DNA of 62,738 nt, filler included, from Nemertoderma westbladi (lineage: Eukaryota > Animalia > Xenacoelomorpha): the NCBI GenBank assembly GCA_032718475.1. It is 3 parts of 3 records of this genome, joined end to end, with 100 filler letters (N's around TTAATTAATTAA, not from the genome) between each part and the next. Parts side by side here need not be neighbours in the genome. Positions count along the whole stretch, not along the records: positions 1 to 31,666 come from JAUCBJ010004338.1; positions 31,767 to 58,627 come from JAUCBJ010002713.1; 1 more part is not named here. One strand, given 5' to 3'. The position numbers and the translations under genes were made by a program. The notes under the pieces were generated by a model, which was given only the letters and a program-made list of their open reading frames with translations, made no database searches and was not told the DNA's origin. The stretch's first letter is position 1, and the number at the start of each line of letters is the position of its first letter. This document shows positions 27,501-40,596 of this stretch, piece after piece.

Positions 27501-29499
27501 TTTGACTAATGTTCTGGACTTTGTTATGTTAATCTTCGTATTTAAAAGGGGATCTTTTATAGTTTTGGCCTCTTTGTAATCTGTATTTTCTTGAAATAGA
27601 AAAAGCATTATTTCTTCGGCCTTCGTCCTAAAAAAATGATTGTAGTATTCCTCGAAAAGCGCATTAAAAAATCGTACAAAAGGTCGAGGAAACACTAACA
27701 CTAATATGTTTTAGTGTATCAATTCTTCTTTAGTGTGTCTACTCGTTGGAGTACATCTCCACGTAATCACCATAAATGTTTCTGGACCAGTACGGCGGAA
27801 CATTACAACGTAGGCTAGCTGTCTGCCTGGTAGCCAAAAACTATCAGTTTCCGTCTTTCAGGTTCAATGACCTAGTCTCTCTATTGTGTATTGTAGCCGA
27901 TTCATAAACTTCAATAGTTAATGTAAAATAAATAGATATTAAATCTGTTTGTACAAAAAGGATTTCGAACCCCTAACAAGAACTACGTCCCCATTGTCTC
28001 GGATCCATGTGCTGCAGGACATTGAGTTCGCCGACGAGAATGAAGACGATTCCGACAACGAGGATATATATATATAGCAGTTGGTAGAGTCAGAGTCGAG
28101 ATACCGTAGAGAAGATCAGTGCACCCATTCCCGGACTGTTACTGACACGTATTGACATTGCATGGAATCGAGAAACGAAATAGAAACCCTGGAACTATGA
28201 GGTCAGATTGACATTGTCTGCAATCGGGATGCAAACATTTTCAGTCTTGCTTAGTTATGTCTGATCAGGTCGTTAGTGACACTCAATGCGAATCAGTTTT
28301 CCAATTTAATTTTCAGGTTTTACAGAAATCAGTTCAAGCAGTTTGTAAACTTGATGACCTTAAATGACCCTATTCTAACCCACTAATTGCCACTCAAAAC
28401 AATTAATAAATTCGATCAATCGTTGTGATTTATTTTGACCCTAAGAGGTTCTCAATTATTTAGAATGTTTGCAGCTGTTGCCGCATTACTTATTACAGCA
28501 ACAATAACAATTGCACCCAAGTCAATCAATCACTTTCACCCAGAGCGTCGATTATCACTATAATTGAAACACTGAATGATTATTATTCCATGCAATGGAA
28601 TGGCAGCAATACACTGATAGCTTGAATTATTACGTTTCTATTTATGGGAAGACCAATGTTTGAATAAGGATACGTTCCCGCTTCACTAAAAGTGTTATTT
28701 TTGTTAACCAAGAGATAATGATTCCTAGTTAGCGCCATGGAGTGTGTACCGGTACAAAAAGTGTTGGATACATGTATAGTGAGAGTTATTCAATCTCGGG
28801 GCTGTCCGTATACAGGTAACTGCCAACCGAAATGGTATAAAGGGGCTTTCTGGTTGCCTACTGTAGAGAAGAGCCTTCTGGAGTCATCTGGTAGAGAAGA
28901 GCACTTGCATTGCATTCAATATTTTAGGGCATTGATCAGTTCTTTATACATTATTTTGTACAGTACAGTACAGTAGTTACGGCCGCCAATGAAATAATTT
29001 GCTATCCGTATAGATAACTATTGTTCGTATAACTTCACATTGAGTATGTCTTCAATATGGCATCTCCTTGAATTTCTGAGTGGCCTATGTGCGCCATCTG
29101 ACAGTCTATCTTTCTAGCATCCGCGTATAACTATAATTTCCCTCGGCAAACATTAGTGGCCAGTTTCCCACACATCTGGTGGATACTTTGAAGAGTTTGT
29201 TATATCTTCACAGTAAACTAGAATGAAGTATAATCAATATTTAAATATAATTCTATAGTTTACGAACGCCATATGTTTAAAACTTTTAAATATACCAATT
29301 CATCTGAGTAATTTTTCCCGAAATATATTATACCACATCTTTATTTTAGTTTTAATACCGGTACATTGCCTTTTGAAAAGGAAGCTTGTTATTTGAGTAG
29401 ATTCATATCCTAATTTACAGCCGAAAACGCCTCTACTTTTCCTGTAGGTACAATTTGTGGGGGGTGGGGGGTGGGGTGGTGGGGGTTTTCATTTTGGAA

Positions 29500-30060
29500 A
29501 TTTTGTAGATCTTGGCTCAAAAATTAAAATTTTGATGGTATAAGAGTTTCCGAGGTCGCTGATCACGATAAAACTTGTTAAAAATATTTTCTGGCAATGT
29601 AATCATAATTTCTTGTGCAATTTGGTCCCTCGGGACGAAAAGAACAAGTAAAAACATGTTAAACTAAACACTTTTGCATCGGCTTTGATAATTCTCAGGT
29701 ATACGGGTTTTCGAGGTCGCTGATCACGATGAAACTAGTTATAATATTTATCTGGTGATGAAAACCCAATTTTGGTTCCATTCTGGTGCCCCAGAACGAA
29801 AAGTACAAGTACCACAAAATTATAAACTATTAAATTTTTCCTTTAGTTTGGTAATTCTTAAGCTATTCTAGATTTCAAGGTCGCTGATCACGATACAACT
29901 CGTTAAAATAATTCATGTTGACGCAACTATCATTTTGGTGCTTTTCTGGTGGAACGAAAAATACAAGTAGCACAAAATTTCAAACAGCAAAAATCAAACT
30001 TGGTTCGATATTGGAGTCTCATATTCGTGATCAGCGTCCCAGAAAACCCATAATGTTTAA
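29500..30060. mobile_element. Remnant of a non-autonomous DNA element with internal repeats
   Basis: aggtcgctgatcacgat is repeated three times about 165 bp apart, with an inverted copy tcgtgatcagcg near 30025. Confidence 0.5.
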
Positions 30061-30114
30061 GAATCACGTTGATTTAGTAATGATTTTTTTTATCAAATAT
30101 GTGCTACTACAGTA

Positions 30115-30800
30115 CAGGCCACCAGAAAAAGCAGATTTCATCCAATGTGATCACATGTGAACACATTTGTTCAAGTCATCTGATTGGCAGGTTATGGCGA
30201 GTTATCTTCTAGATCACACAGCAGGAGGCTGACTTGCTGGGACCGACAAAGGCTTTGTGTGCGGTGCGCCTGTATGTCTGATATCAGGTAGATGAGAGAG
30301 CCCCCAGGGCGTAACATTGCGGACATGGGCTGTATTGGTAGAGAGAACTACATACAAGACCACATGGAGGTTCATGGAGTGGATGGGTATGTGGATGGAG
30401 GAGCCTAGACCATCGAATAATTAATTTAGTGCAGGGAGATGTCGCGCCATTATTAGTCTGACACCGAGAGGGCACAGAGAAACACCAGAAGATGCCTTAA
30501 CATCACTAACTATGGGCCTGCCTACAAGACACTATTAACCGCACACTATAAAGGTAAACAATATCCTTATCGCATTTCAGCTGCAGTGAGTGACAGTTCG
30601 CGGCAAACTACAGAGAGTTTCCAGATTACTAAGCTTTTCAAAAGCATTCAATTGTATCCTTTGGCGAAAAATTTTGGTTGTTGCCAATTCAATTATGTTC
30701 AATTATGTTCAATTGTCCCGTTCAACAACATTACATTACACTGGTACACATTTGATAAAATGTGTTCACAATTGTACAAATCTGCGTTTTCTGGTGCCTG
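30115..30800. mobile_element. MITE flanked by TA (Tc1/mariner-like termini)
   Basis: TA-caggccaccagaaaaagcagatt ... aatctgcgttttctggtgcctg-TA imperfect TIRs. Confidence 0.7.
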
Positions 30801-30851
30801 TACTGTACCTTTTCGTGCCGCACATTGACACATATCCAAAAAATGCCTTAA

Positions 30852-31666
30852 CCCTTTAGGTACTATGGATCACCCATGTGATACATAAGCAATGGTCTGC
30901 TAGAGCGCTATGTATCATACAGGTGATCCATGCTTTTAAATGTTACCCTATGCTATTCTATTCAGCTTTAGTGCATTTCTAAGCACTCTGCTATATTATT
31001 AGTGCATCAAGGGACATCTTTTTAGATTCCGGTTCCAGTTTACTGCACCTGACTACAGGACTAGCAGATATGTGACTCTTACCATACCGGTACGGTAGGT
31101 ACAGTAACATGTCATGCTACATGTAGTATAAAGGTATAGTTTTGTTTTGTTGAAGGCCTACCAGTAATGTATCCCAGGAGAGTTAGAGCTCCGCCCACGA
31201 TACTATGGGTTCGCTAGTGATGAATCTGAGCATGAGCCCGAGGCCGAGGATAGTTCAGGTTTCAATGATACCGGTAGTGGTAGCAGTGATGAGGGCGAGA
31301 GCGATTGTGATCCAAATGAAGCTGAACGTGCCATTCCAAACCACGCCGAACTTTGGAAATTTATAGGGCTCTATCCTGTTTCAGCCCCAACATTCTACAC
31401 CTGCCAGTCTGTCATCTGGTACCGGTAGCGGTAGTCAGTTTAGGCCTATTGTAGGCCTATGTATTGGTTTAGTGTTTTGATTATTTACAAAAATTTCATT
31501 TTTTGTCAAAATTATTAGTAATTAGGCTAGGCCTATAACTTCACTTTAGATTGCCAGTATTACTTAGGGTTAGGGTCACCCTTGGGCAGTTGGGCCATGG
31601 CATACCGGTAGTTTTAGTTAGGGTTGAGGCTTGACTCTAACTCTAAAAACTAACTCTAACCAAAAC
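30852..31666 (+). mobile_element. piggyBac-like element 5' end, truncated by contig end
   Basis: TTAA followed by a CCCTTTAG terminus, a subterminal inverted repeat (ggatcacc...gatacata / tatgtatc...ggtgatcc), and an acidic Asp/Glu/Ser-coding stretch near 31205-31330 like piggyBac transposase N-termini. Confidence 0.5.
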
Positions 31667-31766
31667 NNNNNNNNNNNNNNNNNNNNNNNNNNNNNNNNNN
31701 NNNNNNNNNNTTAATTAATTAANNNNNNNNNNNNNNNNNNNNNNNNNNNNNNNNNNNNNNNNNNNN
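31667..31766. other. Artificial contig-joining spacer
   Basis: 44 N + TTAATTAATTAA + 44 N, the same design as the spacer at 58628. Confidence 0.97.
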
Positions 31767-32744
31767 AGCTATCTATAGCAACCGCAAGTAACAAACATAG
31801 TATAGTAAACGTAATCTCATATTGTAAATACTGTACTTTTATCTTTGGAACAAACCCTTCGCCCCTTTGGACCCTCTCGGAAACAAGGTTCGCCTTAAGA
31901 CTGTAAGAGGCTATCCCAGGTAAGCAATGTATCTTAATAATAACTTTAGTAATAATACCATTTGTATAGCGCCAAATTAATATTGCAAATCTATGTCATG
32001 TCATGTCTATGTATGTATCTAATGTCATCTATGTATGTGTTCTATGTCTGTGTTATTTTATTGTTCATTATAATGGTATACTTTGAGCGCCATTAAATCA
32101 TTACCAATACCTACCGAGGTACCGTGTACCACCGGTACAGCAAATCAATACTAAAAAAAAACCCAAGAAATTGATCACAGGATTAGGGGGTAAACCATTA
32201 ACTGAAACTAATCAAAAACTAAACACGATCGTGGGTGTTTCGCACAGCACGAGGCTCTGTTAACCAGAGTCTATTTTCCGAAATTTCAAAAAATTTGTAG
32301 AATTTCGCAAACCAATAACCATAACTGGAAACGTCCTTTGATAATTATTGAGGCAATAAAAAATATTGCGGCAATAATTTTATAATTCGCATTTTCGAGG
32401 AATAATTTAAAAGCATAATGTTGTTTTGAGGCCGAGGATACTATTTCGAGGAAATTGTGGATTACAAAGAGTACCAAAAAATACTTACTTTTTATCCACC
32501 TTGCAGCAACAGGTAGTTGTGCGCTAAACCGCGCGGTTTACCGCAGCCCATTTAAACAATGTTAAAACAATTAATGTAATTTCCTGTTGAATTAACAGTC
32601 TACAGATAGACAATCAGTTACCTCAACGGTACCGTTGGGTGTGAACGGGCTCCGGGTAGGGTGCACCGCTGGCTTACCGCTTCAATACCGCCAGACTACT
32701 TTACCGCTCACGCACCGTTGGATGTGAACGGGGCTATAGGCACT

Positions 32745-32872
32745 TATGTCCAAAGTACCTTGCCTAGGGACACACATTGCTAAAATTCTACAGCCTTTAG
32801 TCGGATTCGAACCTACGCAGCCATACGCTATTGTGTAAGCAGTTCAGGCCCCGTATCCACTCGGACACTTCG
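32745..32872 (-). mobile_element. tRNA-derived SINE, 5' portion
   Basis: Minus strand shows an A-box-like tgtccgagtgg and a B box ggttcgaatcc, followed by gtgtccctaggcaaggtacttt, which resembles the conserved central domain of CORE-type SINEs. Confidence 0.7.
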
Positions 32873-33889
32873 ATATGACAACTAACATCACTTCTCTGTA
32901 TGGATCTCTAGGTCTAGATCAGATTGAGTCAAAGATTTCAGCTATTTGTGGTATGGAATGGCGGTTGTATAAGGTTTCGCCACAACACATTCGCGTCCGC
33001 AAAGAAAGGGATATCATAATCATAGTAAATAATAATTCTGCAATTCAGACCAATATACAGTAGAACATCTGCTTGGTGGCCGCCGCTGAAAATCAATAAA
33101 TTCAATGTGAATCGACATCCACCATTAAGTTCTTAGCAGCAAATTGCGGCAGATCATATCTTACGTCATGACATATTACAAGTAGTGAAATGGTAGTAGT
33201 GTACTGGAATGATTCATATCCAGCCACCAACCAATGGAATATCAATAATTAAGCATGTCCAAACACGCCCAAGGCCCCAAGCCTATGGTATTATTTTATT
33301 ATAACATGGAATCGTATTGTCCAATCATAATGTTATACTAATAGGCAGTAGTGATAGGCTATGGCATCTTCTCCTATATAATATCATACACTCAACCGTT
33401 AGCGCATTGTAGGCTGTTACTGTACATATGGCATCTTCTCCTATATAATATCATACACTCAACCATTAGCGCATTGTAGGCAATGGTTTATTGTTTGTTT
33501 AGTTCTGATTCTTTTAGTAGAGAATAGTATTTTTAGTTCTGTCATCTAACAGTAAGACACATAAATGATGTAAACAATACAACATACCACTACCTTCACC
33601 ACTGACAGAATTACCCTCAAACCGCTGTGTAGAGCCCCTATATGCCCGTTGCTACTACCAGCTGAACCACCCACAACCTGATAATGAGGTAAATACACAT
33701 AAAATATGGCCCAATAATGTTACAATTTGTTAGCACAATATAGTGGGTAACAGATTGGGAATGCAACCAATAAGAGACTAACTCCAGGGCTCCACACAGC
33801 CAATCTATTGCACAATCAACCGAATTCCATCCCCAGGCCAGAGCAACCCCTAATTTGGATAATTCGTGGGCTCAGTTACTGTACTTGTA

Positions 33890-34110
33890 TATAGAGTGGT
33901 ACGTAAAAAATATAAAACGACCTGAAACGAGCTGAAACGACCCGAAACGACCTGAAACGAGCTGAAACGACCACGAAATTTAGTATGTGGCCTACCATAT
34001 AGAGTGGTACATACTAAAATATAAAACGACCTGAAACCAGCTGAAACGACCTGAAACGACCTGAAACGAGCTGAAACGACCACGAAATTTAGTATGTAGG
34101 CCTACCATAT
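33890..34110. repeat. 10-bp aaacgacctg minisatellite within a ~105-bp duplication
   Basis: Seen directly in the sequence. Confidence 0.8.
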
Positions 34111-36199
34111 AGATTGTTCAAACCAAATGAAATGTGTTGGAGGGCGCGAGGGCGGCCCTCTACACTGGTTACTGGTATGGTTGTAGCTGTATGCTGGAGG
34201 CTACAGTTCTGCACGAAGGCCCCGGACCTGTTAGGTATTAAACCATTTACGATTATTAGGCGCCATCCAGCACATTCTACTGCCCTAGACGCGGCACCAT
34301 CAATCGTCATACTTTGTGATACATTTACTAGGATATCATACTTGCTCATTCCCAGAGTTTGTTATTGAGTTTCACGCGTCATTGATTTTCGACAAAGGTA
34401 ACATGGATGGTTTGGATGTTTGGGACCAGCACATTGACGCGGCGGGTAATTATTGTGAATCAGTGATCACACTGATTGGCCAGGTCCACAGTATCTTCTG
34501 GGTCTGCGATACTGTATGATCGATATTGTTTATTGAAAGTGATATCACGGATATCTTTAGAGCTAAGTTGTGAGTTAACGGTGTTAACATATGCGTGATA
34601 ATAACGCACGTATATTTGTTTGTGTAAATACAAAATCAATTTACACTGAGAAGGGTGGTTGTGTGGTGCAGGGTTTCGTCATTTTGTAGTTGACCCACGT
34701 AAATGCATTGAATGAGTTGATGTTAATATGTATAGGCCTACCATGGCCATGGGCTTACTTAGACCAAAACAGCATGCAGTAATATAAAAATTTTCACTTT
34801 CAGTCCACAGTTTCTGAAAATGCTTCAGTTTTTTTTTTGTATAACTGTTGCATGTTCCCAACCCAACCCCTTAAACATTGCAAGGCATCTATAACACAAT
34901 TTGGCGTCGACCACAAAACCGAGAAGGACCGTTGCTTAGAAACTGGTGACGGCTAGACTACATAAGAAGCCACCCTATAAAAAAAATTGTAAAAGTGAAA
35001 AAGGAAAAAATTTTAAGAACCAAGAATCGGGCAAACCTATCAATTTCCTTCTCTTAAGCGCGATACGCATGTAACAGTGAACGTGACTTGCATAAAAATA
35101 TTTGAAAATTGTTTTCTCGGCTTCGTTGTCCCACTTCATATGCGACAATCTAAATTTCCCTCTTTAGAAAGTTTCTATTCTAATGTCGATAATTACCTCA
35201 AAAAAATCTAGTCTCTGGAAAGTTTTGTGTTCATGTAACAAGTGAGTCCATGTACTGAAACGCCAATAGCCCGGCCTCACCTTGGCCTTTGGATATGATT
35301 CTTCCGTTGTTAGATAGAGGAAAGATTTATAGAAGACTTTAACCACTTTTGTCCAAAGTGGTCGGGAAATTGCCACTGACGATCCTGCAAAACCGCAACT
35401 ATCGTAAATACGTGAAAAATGCGAAAATTGCATTCCGTGTAACTATTTTATTATCAGGGCTGATCAACCCCTTCAATGTCCGTCAACATTTTTTAATAGA
35501 CCGATCTAAGGGATGGGACTAAAATCTGACGGAATAACATTTCAAGCTCTTACCTGTAACATGTTTTTATAAAAAACTTATGAAGATTTTTTAATTGGGT
35601 CTGTTTTTGGTCCCTGAAAGCAAAATTAAAAGTTCCGTGGCTCGGCTCCAATTGATTTTTTTCCCAAATTCCTTAAATACATAACGTTACAAAATTTATT
35701 GATACCAGCATACAAAATTTTATGAAATCGGAGACAACAAATTTTCAGATATTTTTTTCAACAACTTTGATGCCCACGGCATCCGCTTTTTCATCCGCTT
35801 TTTGCGAATTATAGAGCCCAAATTATTTTTGCAATATAGGCAATATAAAGTCAAATTAGGGTCGCTGATTCTGAATTTCAAGTCAGTTTTACATTTCTAT
35901 ATACGGTTCGACTTTTATAGCCCCCAGAATATCAACAAAATTAAAATTTTTTTCACTTTAAGATCAGCTAAAAACTTCTGTTCAGTCAATTCAAGGTCGA
36001 TTACAACGAATATTACAGAATGTGTGTATTCCATTTCGAAAAACCGGACTGGTTTTATAGGTCCACAAAGTTCTACGGTACAATAATGATTGATTTTTTA
36101 ACATTTTTGACAAAAACAAACTTCAGTAAAGTGAATTTTTCAATGTCAAAATCGCCTAGCTCTAACTGTATGGCATACTTTGAGTATTTTTATTCAACA

Positions 36200-36750
36200 G
36201 TTTAATTCCCATTGATAGGGCCTACGGTATTCTACTGAATTAATTCGCGAGATATATGATTAAACTAGCGAGAAAGTGATTAATCTCGCGAAAACAATTT
36301 GCGATTGGATGTTATTTGGGACAGCAGGAAAACAGCCATCCAATAGCAGCAGTGGAATTACCCTTACAGTTGCAATAGGATATACTGTACAGTATATTTT
36401 AATAGGTATTAAATAAATAAATAGGCCTTCTGTATCATTCATTCAGCATACAGTAACATACTGTAGTTCTGCCTCCTGTATAAAGGGACGTTGTGTCAAG
36501 TTTAAGGGGATGGATGTCTGTGGCTCCTGGCTCGGGCCCTATTCTGGACTGAATTATTGTTTTCAATTAATAATTTTCTCGCGAATTCAATCGTTCATTT
36601 CGCGAGGTTAATAATATTCTCGCGAGTTTAACCATTTATCTCGCGGAATTAATAATTTTCTCGCGAGTTTAACCATTTATAAATTTAGTATTTATCAATA
36701 TTTATCTATTCATTTTATAAATAAATTCAGAAGAATATCATGGGAATTAA
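36200..36750. mobile_element. Foldback/MITE-like element
   Basis: tttaattccca...gtattctactgaatt is inverted relative to aattcagaagaata...tgggaattaaa, with mirrored arrays of tctcgcga motifs inside. Confidence 0.55.
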
Positions 36751-36764
36751 AATGTGGGCCCATG

Positions 36765-36990
36765 TTAAGAATACCAGACTTTCTGCCATTATATTTCACT
36801 TTGCAGTTACCCCCATATGAAGAATACCAGACTTTCTACCGTTATATTTCACTTTGCAGTTACCCCCATGTGAAGAATACCAGAGTTTCTGCCGTTATAT
36901 TTCACTTTGCAGTTACCCCCATGTGAAGAATACCAGAGTTTCTGCCGTTATATTTCACTTTGCAGTTACCCCCATGTGAAGAATACCAGG
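36765..36990. repeat. 52-bp tandem repeat, about 4 copies
   Basis: gaagaataccagagtttctgccgttatatttcactttgcagttacccccatgt repeated, with an inverted partial copy near 37160-37188. Confidence 0.85.
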
Positions 36991-37722
36991 TTTTCACCAA
37001 AAACACAGGTTACAGAAGGGCTGAATATAACCAAAACAATAAACGAATAAGTATACAGGTTATAAGACAGAAATAAGCTGTATAAAACACTTAATAAAGA
37101 TAAATTTAAAAAAATAAAATATCTTCATATATAAAATTCCAATAAAAAGTCGACCGAAAAGTGAAATCCTGGTATTCATCATATGGGCGAAAATGTGGAA
37201 TTTAAATACTAAAAGTATGCCATATAACTGAAGCATATAAGTGAGATCCTCAACTTTAAAATAAAATGAGATTATTTATTACTGGTACTACTGTATAACT
37301 ACCATATATTTCATTTACTGTTGATATTAAAACTACACGAACGTAGTCTGATCTCGAATGAGTCGGAATGCACGGCGTAAGTTAAATACTCTATTGGATC
37401 ATATAAAAATGTTTCCCAAAAAAATTCAGTTCATGTAATTAAAACTATGTTAACTTTAGTTGAACTTAATGAAATATTGTGACTTTTTCTATTAATTTAG
37501 TCAGTTATACTTATTATTATTCTGGTTTTTATTTATTTATTTGGGTTATCGGGCCGAGACCCATTGTACTGTAGGCTACGTACATACTAATATATCATAC
37601 ACATTAGTAACACTACACAATAGCACAAGTATTACCTACCGTATAATTAGGTCATTACACATTAGGTCACAATTAGGTTTTAGGCCTAATTTATATTAAT
37701 TAAGATATAATTATTTACACAA

Positions 37723-39126
37723 ATGGCTGCAAAGGCAAGCAATTTCTTTAGCAAAAAAGAAGATAAACCCCACTCTGAAGCAAAGAGAGGAATATTGAGT
37801 AACTTTTTAAATTCCTTTTACGGGATGCAGTTCACTAATGTGAACGATTTAATAGATAATAAAAACTTCTACAGACCGGACGTAGGAGAAAATACGTTTG
37901 CGTGTTTTTATTTCGACCCTTTTAGTGGACAAGGGCGTTACCGAAATGATGACGATGGACCATCTCAAAACGTACTGGATGGTGACGTCCATATTGAACA
38001 TGGTTCCCCTATAATCGCTCTCACTAAGTGTAATACAATGTTACATCGGATGATGGCGTCTCAAGGTCATCAAATTCCTATAGATCCTGAGGAAGTCATT
38101 AACTCATGTCACTTCTATTTAGGTGAGGCTGATAAGAACAATTTTGCCATTCTTGTGGAAGTGGTGAAAGAGAGAATGAAGTTATTGGAATGGAGACCGG
38201 AGAATATTGTAATAGAAAGAAATCTTACAAAACTTTACTTTGTAAAAATATTTACCGGTATGCAAGAGATACAATTTAGAATCCGTCTCGATTTGTATAA
38301 TAAGAAGTTTGAAGATTGGGATTTGGAAATGTTCAAGAGATACAAAGGTGTTTTTTCATTTATCGACCCATTTGGCCTAGATTTTACAATGAACCAGTTG
38401 GAATATTTGATGGGAGATACAAAATTTATATTTGTAAATCTTATGGTTCAGACTATAAACCGATTCAACCAGAACCTATACTCGCTACTTGGGAAAGTTT
38501 ACGGTGGAGATGGTTGGCAAAATGCATATAAAAGATATGATGATGAAATCATATCTGTAAACGGCAAACTGAAGATTCTCGTCGAACAATTTGAACTGAA
38601 ATTGAAATCATTTGACAAGAGAGGAAGAACGAGAACTGTATCCTTCGCAATGAGAAAAGGCAAGACAACGCCTAAGACAAACACTTTGTATTATCTGGTA
38701 TTCGTTACTAACGGATACAATTCTATAAACAAAATGAAAGGTGATATGATGAAATATACCGTACCGGAGGGTAAAGAACTCGCGTTCAGCGATTATTATT
38801 TCCATAAGGGGATAGACACACCCCTCGGAGGGAAAACTGACGACAATGGGGAAGCAAAAGTGATATTTCCGTTATTTAGAGGACAAAAAGATGTTAAGTT
38901 GGGAGAAATAAAGGCCAGAATTTTAGATGAAACTCCCTTCCCGTATCATGCGAAGGCCCTGAAGTTTCTAGAAAATGGAGGGTATATAACGAAGGTGACA
39001 GTTCCGGAGGGAGAAATACGCCGCCGCGGCACATTTAGAAACGAGGTTAGTTACAGTCCGGATGCCGAGGATACTGAAAAACATCTATATGGGAATTATT
39101 GGACGGTTGATTTCGCTGACGGATAA
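37723..39126 (+). CDS. tcmP: Intronless TcmP-like (three-Cys-motif partner) protein, putative SAM-dependent methyltransferase fold with C-terminal winged helix
   Basis: 467-aa non-repetitive ORF in AT-rich DNA with Kozak-like acaaATGG. Ordered motifs HSEAKRGIL, YFDPFSGQGRY, GSPIIAL, FYLGEAD, FSFIDPFG, YGGDGW, YYLVFVTN...KMK and ETPF...KALKFLENGG match my recollection of prokaryotic TcmP proteins. Family call is by eye. Confidence 0.8.
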   Translation: MAAKASNFFSKKEDKPHSEAKRGILSNFLNSFYGMQFTNVNDLIDNKNFYRPDVGENTFACFYFDPFSGQGRYRNDDDGPSQNVLDGDVHIEHGSPIIALTKCNTMLHRMMASQGHQIPIDPEEVINSCHFYLGEADKNNFAILVEVVKERMKLLEWRPENIVIERNLTKLYFVKIFTGMQEIQFRIRLDLYNKKFEDWDLEMFKRYKGVFSFIDPFGLDFTMNQLEYLMGDTKFIFVNLMVQTINRFNQNLYSLLGKVYGGDGWQNAYKRYDDEIISVNGKLKILVEQFELKLKSFDKRGRTRTVSFAMRKGKTTPKTNTLYYLVFVTNGYNSINKMKGDMMKYTVPEGKELAFSDYYFHKGIDTPLGGKTDDNGEAKVIFPLFRGQKDVKLGEIKARILDETPFPYHAKALKFLENGGYITKVTVPEGEIRRRGTFRNEVSYSPDAEDTEKHLYGNYWTVDFADG

Positions 39127-39262
39127 ATTATCGACGACCTGGAAAGACATTCAGACAACAAAAAGAGCCGAAAACGAAAGAGAAGCAACACGGATTCTGG
39201 ATGAGGGAATTCACAGGATTCAACCATAAAATTCAAACTTACATTTTTGAAATAATGATTAA

Positions 39263-39911
39263 GGGGGGGGGGGGGGGGGGGGGTTGGGTTGACTATTAAA
39301 CCAAAAATGTTCGTTCCCTTATTTAGGAGATTAATTTAGGAGGAAATTTATTGACATTTGGTAAACATGTAGGCCTGTAGAATAGGTTAATAAAAAAATT
39401 TCGAATTTTTTACCTAATTAACATAATTTATGCAAAACAATTTTAAAATGCAAAGGCTCTTAGAGGGATGGTCATCAAGTGCCCAAAATTTCATCATTTG
39501 TGCAGAATGGCATGCTAAATCAACCCTATGACCAGAATTTTGATAAATTTTTATGTTCAAAAATTATTTTAAAAAACCGATTTTTTGGCCAAATTTTGAC
39601 AGAATTTGCCATTTTTTACCAAAAATTGACACATTTTGTTAAATATTTGAGCTATAATAATGAATATCAAAAAAGTGGCATAGGGGGTGTTAAGCATCAC
39701 CCATTCATCATTCGAACCAAATTTCACACAAAGTCGTTCATTCTTAGTTTTATAGTTTAGTTTTATCACTCATAACTTTTGAACTACACTAGCTAATAAC
39801 AAACGGCTTGAAGTTTTCAAATCACCATAAAAATCTGCACTAGAGGGGATTGAAAATGAAAAATCTATTTTTTTTTGAATTAGTCAACCCCCCCCCCCCC
39901 CCCCCCCCCCC
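39263..39911. mobile_element. MITE with poly-G/poly-C termini (Kolobok-like)
   Basis: TTAA-G(n)ttgggttgacta ... tagtcaaC(n)-TTAT inverted ends. Confidence 0.65.
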
Positions 39912-39929
39912 TTATCTTAGCTTCTTAAT

Positions 39930-40342
39930 TGTTATCTTAAATGTTATGGTGAATGTTATTAATTATTATCGTAAATGTTATGGTGAATGTTATTAATTAT
40001 TATCGTAAATGTTATGTTGAATGTTATTATTTATTATCTTAAATGTTATGTTGAATGTTATTATTTATTATCTCAATTGTTATGGTGAATGTTATTATTT
40101 ATTATCTCAAATGTTATGGTGAATGTTATTATTTATTATCTTAAATATTATGGTGAATGTTATTATTTAATATTTTAAATGTTATGGTGAATGTTATTAT
40201 TTATTATCTTAAATGTTATGGTGAATGTTATTATTTATTATCTTAAATGTTATGGTGAATGTTATTATTTATTATCTTAAATGTTATGGTGAATGTTATT
40301 ATTTATTATCTTAAATGTTATGGTGAATGTTATTATTTATCA
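39930..40342. repeat. 31-bp AT-rich minisatellite
   Basis: ttatcttaaatgttatggtgaatgttattattta repeated about 13 times, with further copies near 41280-41335. Confidence 0.9.
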
Positions 40343-40596
40343 TCTTGCCGTGTCTGGTGTATTCCAAAAGTCACTGGGGTTGAACAATTCTCATTGGAGT
40401 ACCTCTTCATGGGTTCTGCGTTTTGTTTTGTAGAGATTTAAAAGTTCAATATTAAATTTTTTATTAAATACTGTATAAAGTTTTTGTGGTTTTTGTTAAT
40501 TTAGGTATTTTTGTATTTTGCTGGTATTGTACCTTTGGTGTTTTCTTTTGTTATTAATTTTGGTATTAATTATTTTTTATTAATTCAGGTAACTCC

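Noticed and set aside
27492-27701. 69-aa protein-like minus-strand ORF as a possible TcmP partner or viral relic
   Set aside because: Too short, has no recognisable motif, and lies on a different contig from the TcmP-like gene.
31667-31766. TTAATTAATTAA palindrome inside N runs (also at 58628-58727)
   Set aside because: Assembly linker; adjacency across it is not biological evidence.
32790-32872. Possible tRNA gene
   Set aside because: Has A and B boxes but no convincing cloverleaf, and continues into a SINE-like body.
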